Origin: Candidatus Saccharimonadota bacterium
Lineage (GTDB): Archaea > Nanobdellota > Nanobdellia > Pacearchaeales > GW2011-AR1
Assembly (NCBI GenBank): GCA_017609205.1
Contig: JAFCEL010000001.1
Coordinates: 360,001-392,000 of the forward strand
Direction of reading: 5' to 3'
DNA length: 32,000 nt
Shown: positions 1-8,902 of the stretch, one piece after another
How positions within the stretch are numbered: the first letter of the stretch is position 1
Layout: each line of letters begins with the position of its first letter
Notes under the pieces: generated by a model
What the model was told of the DNA's origin: nothing
The model's database searches: none
What the model saw: only the letters and a program-made list of their open reading frames with translations
Position numbers and translations under genes: made by a program

Positions 1-2
1 GT

Positions 3-3000
3 TATAGTGAGAATGATTGTTTTGCTTCAACATTAGACTGCTTATGGGATACAACAGCTAAATTATGTAAGCCAAATAGCTTTTCAGGAGAAATTTGTTT
101 TGATGCAGTAGATAATGATAATGATGGGTTTACTGATTGTGCAGATCCTGATTGTTCTTTTGATAATGCATGTGGAGGAAATAATTTTGCTGATTGTATG
201 TCCATAACAAATGCCACGGTGTGTAATGCAACTGTTGCATTTGGAAATCTGAATTGTACATGGTATAATTTTACTTGGGAACCTGAAGGACATTGTGGAA
301 TGCCTGGAGAAGATTGTTGGCAGTATGACGGAGACCCTGCAACATGTGGAGCAACACCTGGTTGCACAAACGAGTCTTCATTTGGAGGGTCAAGTGGTTT
401 TTGTGATATTAATACTACACAAATGGATAATGCTCAGTGCTGGCAATATGGAGATAATGAAACTTATTGTTCTGCTCAGGCAAATTGTGGTTGGGTTAAT
501 GATTCATGGTGTACTGAGCATCCAGAGGATTCATGGTGTGCTACTGGACCAGGTGGATGGTGTGATTATAAACTATTTGCTGATTGTCGTGCACTTGATG
601 GAAACCAAACAGGGTGTGGGTTGAATCCCAATTGTACATGGCATCAAGACGAATGGATGGATACTGGTTTTTGTGATCCTGCTTGTTTTGATTGGACATT
701 GAATTCAACAACTTGTGTACAAGGAAATTTATCAGGAATTTGTGAGTGGAGGGATTCTTCTGATATGTGCATGCCTTCGACATTTGATATTATGGCAGGA
801 GGTTCTGGAGGTAAAATTGGTTGTCCTCAATATGATGGAAATATGACTGGATGTCAACTAAAGAATATTACATGTGTTTGGGTTAATGATTCAAATGTGG
901 ATAATAGAGTCACTACTAATGTTGCTGGGCAAAATATTTCTGGTTGGTGTAATGATAAGGGAACTTATGAAATGGTTGGGGATATGAAAGGAGAACCAAT
1001 AATGTTGGGAATGGATTCGGGAAATATGATGGGTGGTGCAGAATCAGGTGTTGTTGGATGGGCTGATATAAAGGGATTTGGATTAAGAGTAACAGACAAG
1101 TCTTATGGTTTTGGTGTTGGTATTTATAATCTGACTGATGGCGCTGTTTGTAATGGATACCAAATGAAGTTCGCTGAGCTGGGGGTTGATGGGGCTACTG
1201 GTGCAGGGCAGAATATTACAAAGATGAGGTGGTATTTGGATACTGATGGAGATTCTTCTTTTGGAAGCCATTGCGGAGCTACTGACTCAAATGGTGCTTC
1301 CTGTGATTCGAGCTCGTCCAATTTATGCAATTATGAATTTTATATAGATTATATGGTGAGAAACAATACAAATACAGGGAATATAGAAACGACAAAGAAA
1401 TTATATTATTGTGTTATGAATGGAAGTACAGGATGGCAATGGGCACCTACAAATGTTTTTGTTACAGATGATAAGAAATTTACATGCTGGGATTCTGGTA
1501 TGGGGGCTCTTCTTGTAAGCATTGAAAAAGAAGCTTTTGAAAATTTTGCTTTATTTGATATTACACAACCAATGAGGATTTTTGTGGTAAGCTTTGATGG
1601 ACCTGGAAGTGGAGATGGTGCAGATGAATTAGGACCTTCATATTATACTCCTGGAACAATTGATTTTGGATTTGTAGATTGCTCTGACCCGAATACAAAA
1701 GACCCTAAATGTAAAAATTTCCAGAAATTTGGAACACAGGTTTTTGAGGATTGCAAGAATGGATATGACGATGATTCAGATGGTTATGCTGATTGTGCTG
1801 ATGCTAAATGCACTTTTACTCCTGTTTGTGCGTCAGGAACAGCTTTTAACTGGACATCTCAGTGCTCGTCCGACTATAAAGCTCCTGTTGTTGTATTTAC
1901 AAATGTAGATAAAATGGCTGATTCTGCAATTATTCAATATGATACTGATGAGCCAGCAAATGGAAGTTTGATTTGGTATAATACAAGTTCGACATGTGAG
2001 ATTGCAAATGGGACAGTAGATGATATTGGAGATGTTAATTTTGGATTTGATGATTATAAACCATTTCACAGAGGAATTTTTGATTCAGATACTCTTGGAT
2101 ATTCTTTGATAAATAATACTAATTATTATTATAAAATGAAGGTGTGCGATCCTTGTGGAAATTGCGGGACTTCTGCTTGTTTAAACTTTACAACAAAAAA
2201 AGAAAATAAACCTTTTATTTTTAAGATGAAACTTCCAGAGGGTTATAGTGTTAATATAACTTCGTCAGATGGAACCAATATTTATTCTGGAAATTTCACA
2301 ACAACCATTGGAGGAACAACATATGATATTGGCGTAAAGACGAATTCTTCTGTTTCAAAGAATATGAATATTACTGTTCATTATGGGGATTTGAGTATGA
2401 AGTTCGTTGGTGCTGATTTATATAAGCCAAAGGTCCTTAATATGGAAAATGCATTTATTGCAGACACAACAAATAATGTATTAGGAATGAATTCTTCTAC
2501 AAAAGCATGGAATTTCTTGTTAAGTGATTTAGGGATGGGTGGTTCTGGGGATTCTCTTGAGCTTAATTTCCCTGTTGCTTACAGTGCAGGTAATACTCTT
2601 AAATGGACTGCTGATGACGGAACAAATGTATCTGATGTTACAAGCTATACGAGTTGTTCAGATGGAGGGAATTCAAATACTCTATGTAAGATTCCAACTT
2701 CATTAGGTTTTTCACAATATTACTTGCAAACAACTAGTAGTTCTCCAGATTCTTCACCGTCTTCTGGAGGTGGTAGTAGTGGAGGTGCTGCAGGAGGTGC
2801 GCTTTATATCATAAGTGATGCACAATTTGAGACAGGCTATACAAGATCTCTTTTTGTAAATGATAGAGTCCAATTCAATGTTGGAACAGAGGCACATACA
2901 ATCACAATTGATGAAATATCGAATGAAACAAATACCATTAAAATAACTGTTAATTCAGTTCCTCAGACTGCAACTTTGGCTGTTGGGGACATAAGAAGGT

Positions 3001-3377
3001 TTGAACTTAATGGGGATAGTTATTATGATGTATCTGTTACTCTTAATAGTATTACAGGAAATTTTGCAGACGTGATGATTAAGAAAATCAGTGAGGAAGT
3101 AACTTCTGAGACAGAGGAACAAGAGAAAGAAAAAGAAGAAAGAGCAAGAGAACAAGCAGAAGGAGGGTTTGGTTCAGAAAGGGGTATTAGTAAGGGTTAT
3201 ATTATTGCTGGAATCATTTTGATTACTATTGTGTTTTTAGTTTTTTTAGGAAAGAAGTTTAAAGAAATGCATGAAAAGAGATTTAATAGTAGGGTAAAAG
3301 TTCTTAAAAGGGGATTTGATTTAAGTAAACCTTTTTTGATTAAGAATAATAAAAAAGGTAGGAAAAAGAAGAAATAA
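3..3377 (+). CDS. Giant Cys-rich, N-glycosylation-sequon-rich surface protein with C-terminal TM anchor; 5' end lies left of the window
   Basis: The frame of ORF 198..3377 stays open back to nt 3 (YSENDCFASTLDCLWD...DNDNDGFTDCADPDC). Repeated CWQY..C..C modules. DxDxDG(F/Y)xDCAD(P/A)xC motif at ~111-155 and ~1761-1811. Very many N-x-S/T sequons. S/G-rich linker ~2740-2800, then an acidic stretch, hydrophobic IIAGIILITIVFLVFLG and a K-rich tail. Confidence 0.75.
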   Translation, partial: YSENDCFASTLDCLWDTTAKLCKPNSFSGEICFDAVDNDNDGFTDCADPDCSFDNACGGNNFADCMSITNATVCNATVAFGNLNCTWYNFTWEPEGHCGMPGEDCWQYDGDPATCGATPGCTNESSFGGSSGFCDINTTQMDNAQCWQYGDNETYCSAQANCGWVNDSWCTEHPEDSWCATGPGGWCDYKLFADCRALDGNQTGCGLNPNCTWHQDEWMDTGFCDPACFDWTLNSTTCVQGNLSGICEWRDSSDMCMPSTFDIMAGGSGGKIGCPQYDGNMTGCQLKNITCVWVNDSNVDNRVTTNVAGQNISGWCNDKGTYEMVGDMKGEPIMLGMDSGNMMGGAESGVVGWADIKGFGLRVTDKSYGFGVGIYNLTDGAVCNGYQMKFAELGVDGATGAGQNITKMRWYLDTDGDSSFGSHCGATDSNGASCDSSSSNLCNYEFYIDYMVRNNTNTGNIETTKKLYYCVMNGSTGWQWAPTNVFVTDDKKFTCWDSGMGALLVSIEKEAFENFALFDITQPMRIFVVSFDGPGSGDGADELGPSYYTPGTIDFGFVDCSDPNTKDPKCKNFQKFGTQVFEDCKNGYDDDSDGYADCADAKCTFTPVCASGTAFNWTSQCSSDYKAPVVVFTNVDKMADSAIIQYDTDEPANGSLIWYNTSSTCEIANGTVDDIGDVNFGFDDYKPFHRGIFDSDTLGYSLINNTNYYYKMKVCDPCGNCGTSACLNFTTKKENKPFIFKMKLPEGYSVNITSSDGTNIYSGNFTTTIGGTTYDIGVKTNSSVSKNMNITVHYGDLSMKFVGADLYKPKVLNMENAFIADTTNNVLGMNSSTKAWNFLLSDLGMGGSGDSLELNFPVAYSAGNTLKWTADDGTNVSDVTSYTSCSDGGNSNTLCKIPTSLGFSQYYLQTTSSSPDSSPSSGGGSSGGAAGGALYIISDAQFETGYTRSLFVNDRVQFNVGTEAHTITIDEISNETNTIKITVNSVPQTATLAVGDIRRFELNGDSYYDVSVTLNSITGNFADVMIKKISEEVTSETEEQEKEKEERAREQAEGGFGSERGISKGYIIAGIILITIVFLVFLGKKFKEMHEKRFNSRVKVLKRGFDLSKPFLIKNNKKGRKKKK

Positions 3378-3390
3378 AATTGTTAGATTA

Positions 3391-3400
3391 TATTTATAAA
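3391..3400 (+). promoter_or_regulatory. TATA-box-like element upstream of the endonuclease Q gene
   Basis: TATTTATAAA ends 20 nt before ATG 3421. The same spacing recurs at many genes in the window (leaderless-type layout). Confidence 0.4.
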
Positions 3401-3420
3401 TTATCTTTTTTATTCTATTC

Positions 3421-4635
3421 ATGGATAAAAATTGGATGATTGCTGATTTGCATATTCATTCTCGATTTTCAAGGGCTTGTAGTAGTCAAATTAATTTTGA
3501 GAATCTTGTGAAGTGGGCAAAAGTAAAGGGTTTGCATCTTTTAGGGACAGGAGATTTTACACATCCTGTTTGGTTTGATGAAATCAAAAAACTTCAGAGC
3601 AATGAGAAAGGATTTTATTATTATGGGGATTTTCCATTTATTATTTCTGGAGAGATTAGTTTAATATACACTGATGATAAAAAAGGTCGCAGAATCCACT
3701 TGGTTGTACTTGTTCCTTCAATTGAAATTGCAGAGAAGATTAATTCTTATTTTGATACCAAAGGTCGTCGGGATTATGACGGCAGACCTATTTTTGGCAT
3801 ATCTGGAGAAGATTTTGTTTATGATATGATGAAGATTTCTCAGGATATTGAAATAATTCCAGCGCATATTTGGACTCCTTGGTTTGGTTTATTTGGGAGT
3901 ATGTCTGGATTTGATAGTTTGAAGGAATGTTTCGGTGAACAAGTTGATAATGTCCATTCTATTGAAACAGGAATGTCATCCGACCCTGAGATGAATTGGA
4001 GAATTAAGGAATTGGAGAATAAGTCAATTGTAAGCTTTTCAGATGCACATAGTTTTTGGCCCTTTCGTTTGGGGAGAGAAGCTACTATTTTCCGACGCTG
4101 TGACTCTTATAAAGAGTTAATCCGACAAATTCGTGAAAATGATTTTATTGGGACAATAGAAACAGATCCTGCTTATGGAAAGTATCACTGGGATGGACAT
4201 AGGGTTTGTAATTTTTCATGTGAACCTTCAGAAACAAAAAAGCTTGGAGGGATTTGTCCTGTCTGTAAGAAAAATTTAACTATTGGAGTTGAATCACGTG
4301 TTGACGATTTGTCTAGTAAAGATAGTAATCCTAAGATTAAGAAGAAATTTTACAAGCTTTTGCCTTTGCATGAGGTAATCTCTTTGTATCTTGGAGGCTT
4401 AAGTATGCAGAGCAAGAAAGTCTGGAGTATTTATAATCATTTAATTAAGGAATTTAGGGATGAATTTAATATCCTGTTGCATGTATCTAAGGAGGAGATG
4501 ATGAGGGGAAATGTTGATGGTAAATTGATTGAATTAATATTAGAGAATCGTGAAGGAAAAATAAAAGTCAAACCAGGTTTTGATGGGGAATATGGCAAGG
4601 CTTTGTTAGGAGAAAAACAAAAAACCTTATTTTGA
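3421..4635 (+). CDS. Endonuclease Q (PHP-domain nuclease acting at deaminated bases)
   Basis: N-terminal DLHIHSRFSRA PHP motif, LGTGDFTHP, HLVVLVP, PAHIWTPW, SFSDAHS, LGRE. Zn-ribbon-like YGKYHWDGHRVC...CPVCKK. C-terminal KPGFDGEYGK. The order and spacing match my recollection of Pyrococcus EndoQ. Confidence 0.8.
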   Translation: MDKNWMIADLHIHSRFSRACSSQINFENLVKWAKVKGLHLLGTGDFTHPVWFDEIKKLQSNEKGFYYYGDFPFIISGEISLIYTDDKKGRRIHLVVLVPSIEIAEKINSYFDTKGRRDYDGRPIFGISGEDFVYDMMKISQDIEIIPAHIWTPWFGLFGSMSGFDSLKECFGEQVDNVHSIETGMSSDPEMNWRIKELENKSIVSFSDAHSFWPFRLGREATIFRRCDSYKELIRQIRENDFIGTIETDPAYGKYHWDGHRVCNFSCEPSETKKLGGICPVCKKNLTIGVESRVDDLSSKDSNPKIKKKFYKLLPLHEVISLYLGGLSMQSKKVWSIYNHLIKEFRDEFNILLHVSKEEMMRGNVDGKLIELILENREGKIKVKPGFDGEYGKALLGEKQKTLF

Positions 4636-4645
4636 GAAGATTAGA

Positions 4646-4783
4646 TTATTCCTCAATACGAACGCCTTTAATTTGGCCTTTTTTAATGAATTTATAATGG
4701 GCATTTATCGTCGGAGATTTGCATTTTGGACATTTTTCCTTTAATGTATAAATACTGCACTTTTTGCATTTGCGCAATTTCAT
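4646..4783 (-). CDS. nop10: H/ACA RNP protein Nop10 (45 aa, below the ORF-track size cut-off)
   Basis: Hand translation: MKLRKCKKCSIYTLKEKCPKCKSPTINAHYKFIKKGQIKGVRIEE*. CxxC...CxxC zinc ribbon with YTL and AH. The ATG lies 1 nt after the aIF2-alpha stop, and aIF2alpha-nop10 synteny is conserved in archaea. Confidence 0.7.
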   Translation of the reverse strand: MKLRKCKKCSIYTLKEKCPKCKSPTINAHYKFIKKGQIKGVRIEE

Positions 4784-4784
4784 T

Positions 4785-5489
4785 CTATTTAAAGCTAAAG
4801 TTCATATTCTCTTTTTTTGCTTGGTTTTCAATTTTTAGTAGGATTTCCTTTAATTTATTATCTGCTTGTTTGATGTTTTCTGCTTCTGTTTTAATTGAAT
4901 ATCTTCCTGCTGAGATATATCTTACTTCTGCATCTTTTATGTCTGCGAATATTTTTTTAATTTTATTAATTCCTTCAGAGTCTGTTGTGTTCAGGGAGAT
5001 CTCTTTTTTTGTTGTCGCTTTTTTTGGTTTTTGAGAAAGAATTATGTCAAGAATCTTTTGCGCATCTTTTTTTCCAACAAGAGATTCTAGTTTTTTTGGG
5101 TTATCTCTAATCTCTTCGAAAAAATCAAATAATCTCTCTTTTTCAGTTATCTTCTTTATAATTTCCTCGGATTTATCTTTTAATATGGTTTTTAAGATAC
5201 TTACGTAGCTTTTTTCTTGTTTATGTCTTTCTAGGACTTCTGCTTTTTCTTTTTGTGTAACTCTTCTCAGCGAAAGATTTATTTTGCCGTTTTGAATTCT
5301 TAGAACCTTGCATACAATTTTCTTTTTTGGGACGACATAATCTCTTAAGTTTCTTATTCTTCCTGGAGCAATCTCGCTCAAAATAATGCTCCCTTCACCA
5401 TCCCCTTCTATGTTTACAAATACTATTGTTCCAACTATTCTGTCGACAGTGCATAAAACAACATCTCCTTCTTCAAGGTCATATGCCAT
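4785..5489 (-). CDS. eif2a: Translation initiation factor aIF2 alpha subunit (short form)
   Basis: N-terminal S1 fold: EGDVVLCTVDRIVGTIVFVNI...GSIILSEIAPGRIRNLRDYV..KIVCKVLRI..GKINLSLRRV, followed by a helical domain. Adjacent to nop10. Confidence 0.8.
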   Translation of the reverse strand: MAYDLEEGDVVLCTVDRIVGTIVFVNIEGDGEGSIILSEIAPGRIRNLRDYVVPKKKIVCKVLRIQNGKINLSLRRVTQKEKAEVLERHKQEKSYVSILKTILKDKSEEIIKKITEKERLFDFFEEIRDNPKKLESLVGKKDAQKILDIILSQKPKKATTKKEISLNTTDSEGINKIKKIFADIKDAEVRYISAGRYSIKTEAENIKQADNKLKEILLKIENQAKKENMNFSFK

Positions 5490-5532
5490 GTTATAAATAG
5501 AAAGAATTATATTTTAAAGGTTGTGATGAGCC

Positions 5533-6870
5533 TTAAACCTTAATAACTTCGATTTCTAGATTTTTCTTTAGTAAATCAATGAATTCTTTTTCCTTTTCTT
5601 TTTTAATTATACAACCTGCAGCGTGCTCATGTCCTCCTACTTCTCCGCCAGTTATTTTTATTATTTCGCTTAGTATTTCCCTTACGTTTCTTCCGCAGTT
5701 TCCAACATTTCTTACAGATACTTTTATTTTGTCTTTGTAATAAGCCATTGCTGTTATTACTGTTCCTTTTTTGTAAATCCTTGAATGAGAAAGAATACTT
5801 GCTATTGTTCCTATGATGGTTTCCTGTATCTTCTCTCTTGCATTTATTATTACAAAATTTTTCCCATTTATCTTTTCCATATTTTCTGCGAATTTCAGGG
5901 AGGAGATTAGGTTCTGTTTGTATTTTGCATAAATTGCTTCTGATTTTTTCTTTGCTGAATTTATTTCCATACAGAATTGTATTGCTATTTCAGGATTTCC
6001 AGAACGAGAGCAAGCATTAATTATCGCACTTATTTCTCTTGCATCTTCAAGTTTATTGAACATCTTTATAAGAAAAATATCTCCTATTAGTTCTTTATTT
6101 TTTATCTTAGGATTTCTAAGGATTATTGCAGTTGTTAATTTCTTCATTTCATCCTCGTCTAATTCAATAAGACTTTTGTATTTCCCGTTTTGGAGTTTTA
6201 TACCTGTTTCTCTCAGCAGTTCTAAAACACCTTTTGTTTCTCCTGTTACTCCAGGGATGTATGGATTTGAACAAAATTCAAGGGTTCTGTTTAAAGGTCT
6301 GGTTGAGGGATAAATGAGTAGACCTCTTTTTCTCTTTATTTCGCTATCGTTTAGTATACCTTCATTTAGTTTATCTATCTCTTTTTCTAATTGGTCTCCT
6401 ATCATTCCGAGAACAGCAAGTTTTGCGAATTCTTTGTTTTTTTTGTCTAACTCTTTGCAGAATAAGTATGTCAGCCCAGAACTGCTTATTTTTTCATCAC
6501 CATTCAAATGAGGGTTTATTATTCTGAGTTCTTTTGGAATTTCTTGATTTATCTCATGGTGATCTATAATATAGCAGTTTTTAGATACATTATATTTTTC
6601 TAGATGATGTAAACTTCCTGATGCTAAATCTAGAAAGACTATTGTTTTGTCTTTTGGGAGTTTTGAGATTAATTCTTCTTCGAGATTTTTTACTATTTTT
6701 AGTGAAAATTTTCTATCAAGGTTTTTCAATGCCTGAATAAATATCGTGGCAGAACTTATTCCGTCAGTATCAAAATGACTTAAGATTATAATTTCTTTAT
6801 CTTTTGGTTCTTTTAAGAAGTTCTCTGCTAAAAGTCTAATTTCCTCTTTTAATGATTTTTTCTCTTGCAT
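5533..6870 (-). CDS. DHH/DHHA1 phosphoesterase, archaeal RecJ/GAN (Cdc45-like) family
   Basis: SHFDTDGISSA (DHH motif region), IIDHH, and C-terminal GGHEHAAG DHHA1 motif. Confidence 0.75.
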   Translation of the reverse strand: MQEKKSLKEEIRLLAENFLKEPKDKEIIILSHFDTDGISSATIFIQALKNLDRKFSLKIVKNLEEELISKLPKDKTIVFLDLASGSLHHLEKYNVSKNCYIIDHHEINQEIPKELRIINPHLNGDEKISSSGLTYLFCKELDKKNKEFAKLAVLGMIGDQLEKEIDKLNEGILNDSEIKRKRGLLIYPSTRPLNRTLEFCSNPYIPGVTGETKGVLELLRETGIKLQNGKYKSLIELDEDEMKKLTTAIILRNPKIKNKELIGDIFLIKMFNKLEDAREISAIINACSRSGNPEIAIQFCMEINSAKKKSEAIYAKYKQNLISSLKFAENMEKINGKNFVIINAREKIQETIIGTIASILSHSRIYKKGTVITAMAYYKDKIKVSVRNVGNCGRNVREILSEIIKITGGEVGGHEHAAGCIIKKEKEKEFIDLLKKNLEIEVIKV

Positions 6871-6905
6871 TTTCCTCTTTTAATAAAGCAATTCCTTAGA
6901 ATAAA

Positions 6906-7238
6906 CTATTTTAATGGAAGTTTTAGATACTTCTTTATCTTTCTTAATTGAGAGAAAACCCTATCTTTCTCTCTCATTGCTCTTTTATCTTGTTTGTTTT
7001 TCTCATAATGTTTTTTTATTCTCTCGAGTTTTGCTTCAATATTCTTTAAATCAGGATTAACGTAGAGTTCTTTTTCCTTGAGGATCTTTGAGATTTTCTT
7101 GGAATATTCTTTTGGATGAATTCCTTGTTGTTTTAATTTTTCTCCAATCTTTTCAGCAGTTAAGCCTGTTTTAGCTAATTCTATTACTTTTTTCTCAAAG
7201 TCGGTTTGTGATAATTTTCCTGTTTTTTCTTTTGACAT
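6906..7238 (-). CDS. rps15: 30S ribosomal protein uS15 (S15P/S13e type), short N-terminus
   Basis: VIELAKTGLTAEKIGEKLKQQGI, then KISKILKEKEL..PDLKNIEAKLERIKKHYEKNKQDKRAMREKDRVFSQLRKIKKY matches the archaeal S15 helical pattern. Confidence 0.75.
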   Translation of the reverse strand: MSKEKTGKLSQTDFEKKVIELAKTGLTAEKIGEKLKQQGIHPKEYSKKISKILKEKELYVNPDLKNIEAKLERIKKHYEKNKQDKRAMREKDRVFSQLRKIKKYLKLPLK

Positions 7239-7358
7239 TTTATTAAATTGTAAATTGGTTTTTTAAAGATTGCTATGTCAAGTTTTTTAAATTAATATAT
7301 CTTTATTTTTGATGATATTATTAAAGAGGGTGATTAGTCCAATATTTTGGAGGATAAA

Positions 7359-8150
7359 TTGAAGACAATTGGTGTTATTTCGCTTAAAGGAGGAGTTGGT
7401 AAAACCTCTAGTGTTATTTGTTTAGGTTCTGCACTTGCGAGTCTTGGAAAGAAGGTTCTTCTTGTCGACGGGAATTTTTCTGCTCCTAATCTTGGTTTGT
7501 ATCTTGACCTTTTTGATGTTGATAAAACACTTCATCATGTCCTTAAGAGAGAAATCAATCCGAGTGAAGCAGTTTATAATCTTGATAGTTTTGATGTTCT
7601 TCCTTGCTCTGTTTTTGGGAATTTTAATATAAGCCCGATGAGACTAAAGGAAAGATTGAGGCATCTTAAGAGAAGCTATGATTTGATTATTCTTGATTCT
7701 TCGCCTACATTGAATGAAGAAACTTTGGCAGTTATGAATGCATCTGATTGTTTAATTGTTGTGACAACGCCAGACCATGCCACATTAGGTATGACACTAA
7801 AAGCAATTAAGATAGCTAAGCAAAAGGGGGTTCCTATTATTGGGTTGATTATTAATAAATCATATAAAAAGAGATTTGAGCTCTCGCTTGATGACATAGA
7901 AAAGACATCTGAAGTTCCTGTACTCGCAGTTATTCCTTATGATATTGGTTTTTTAAAATCTCTTGCTGATTTTAAATCCTATACAGACTATAGTCCTCGT
8001 TCAGAGGGTGCTGAGGAATTTAAAAGATTAGCTGCTGTTTTAATTGGAGAAAAATATAAACCTGTTAAATTAAGAAGGTTTTTTAGATGGGTTAATCCTA
8101 GGAAGCAGGATATAAATAGGGAGATTTATTATCAAAGTGTGTTTGAATGA
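7359..8150 (+). CDS. MinD/ParA-family P-loop ATPase
   Basis: Deviant Walker A KTIGVISLKGGVGKTS, LLVDGN, IILDSSP. I prefer TTG 7359, preceded by GGAGG at 7349-7353, over the track start at 7347 (same frame). Confidence 0.8.
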   Translation: MKTIGVISLKGGVGKTSSVICLGSALASLGKKVLLVDGNFSAPNLGLYLDLFDVDKTLHHVLKREINPSEAVYNLDSFDVLPCSVFGNFNISPMRLKERLRHLKRSYDLIILDSSPTLNEETLAVMNASDCLIVVTTPDHATLGMTLKAIKIAKQKGVPIIGLIINKSYKKRFELSLDDIEKTSEVPVLAVIPYDIGFLKSLADFKSYTDYSPRSEGAEEFKRLAAVLIGEKYKPVKLRRFFRWVNPRKQDINREIYYQSVFE

Positions 8151-8225
8151 TTTATTTTAATATTTAATTTCTGTGATTTATTGAGTAAGTAACTTTTATA
8201 AATTAATTTAATCTTTTTGGAGTAA

Positions 8226-8298
8226 AGCCCCATAGTACAGTGGTCAAGTATGCTAGCCTTTGGAGCTAGAGACCCAGGTTCGAATCCTGGTGGGGCTA
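8226..8298 (+). tRNA. tRNA-Gln (anticodon UUG), no encoded CCA
   Basis: Hand-folded cloverleaf: acceptor AGCCCCA/TGGGGCT with A1-U72 and A73, D arm GTAC-AGTGGTCAA-GTAT, anticodon arm CTAGC-CTTTGGA-GCTAG, 4-nt variable loop, T arm CCAGG-TTCGAAT-CCTGG. Confidence 0.9.
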
Positions 8299-8299
8299 T

Positions 8300-8788
8300 T
8301 TAATGTTTATATCGTCCTCTTTTTTCTACTATTTTTAGTCTCTGAAGAACTTTTTCTGCTTCTTTGGATTCAATTGATTTATATCCTTTTTCGAATTCCT
8401 TGTATATTTCTTTCCAGTGCTTAAAGTGTTTTGCTTCTAATGCTTGTTTTAATAGATGAATATCTACAGCTTTGTCTTCGTATTTTCCATTAAAATAGCC
8501 AAGTCCGAAGTCGATGAAGTAGATTTGGTCTTTAATTAGAATCATATTTGAGGTTGTGAGGTCGCCGTGAATTATGTTCTTGTTGTGGAGTTTTGCAATA
8601 TCTTTTCCAATTTGGTTTAGAATCTGTTTTTGTTTTTTTAAGGATAATCTGTCTAGGGTTTCTGATAATTTTTTCCCATCAATAAATTGAATTTTTAATT
8701 TTGTTTCTTTTGCTTCTAAAACTTTTGGTGTATTGATTATCTTCCTTGCTTTTTCAAGAAGTTTGGCTTCTGCACGCGTTCGTCGCAT
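8300..8788 (-). CDS. bud32: Bud32/Kae1-associated (KEOPS) protein kinase; kinase-like coding continues upstream to 8902 with no canonical start
   Basis: IHGDLTTSNMIL catalytic loop, YFIDFGLG. The same frame upstream of ATG 8788 reads QNEIAQGAEARIILTNNLIIKDRIKKSYRIPELDKKIR, which is the Gly-rich loop region. Confidence 0.8.
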   Translation of the reverse strand: MRRTRAEAKLLEKARKIINTPKVLEAKETKLKIQFIDGKKLSETLDRLSLKKQKQILNQIGKDIAKLHNKNIIHGDLTTSNMILIKDQIYFIDFGLGYFNGKYEDKAVDIHLLKQALEAKHFKHWKEIYKEFEKGYKSIESKEAEKVLQRLKIVEKRGRYKH

Positions 8789-8902
8789 ACGGATTTTTTT
8801 GTCGAGTTCTGGAATACGATATGATTTTTTTATCCTATCTTTTATTATGAGATTGTTAGTTAGAATTATTCTTGCTTCTGCTCCTTGTGCGATTTCATTT
8901 TG

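Noticed and set aside
2-3155. Track ORFs antisense to or out of frame with the surface-protein gene (2..367, 84..293, 295..624, 541..783, 1083..1330, 1833..2069, 2955..3155). Also similar shadow ORFs inside other long genes (4726..5034, 5838..6511, 7435..7897, 8733..9068, 9673..10152, 11027..11314, 16195..17039, 17367..18584, 21070..21315, 23986..24189, 25461..25661, 29042..29254, 29521..29772, 31171..31374).
   Set aside because: Each overlaps a longer ORF that has clear family motifs or coherent membrane/secreted architecture. They are low-complexity shadows typical of AT-rich DNA.
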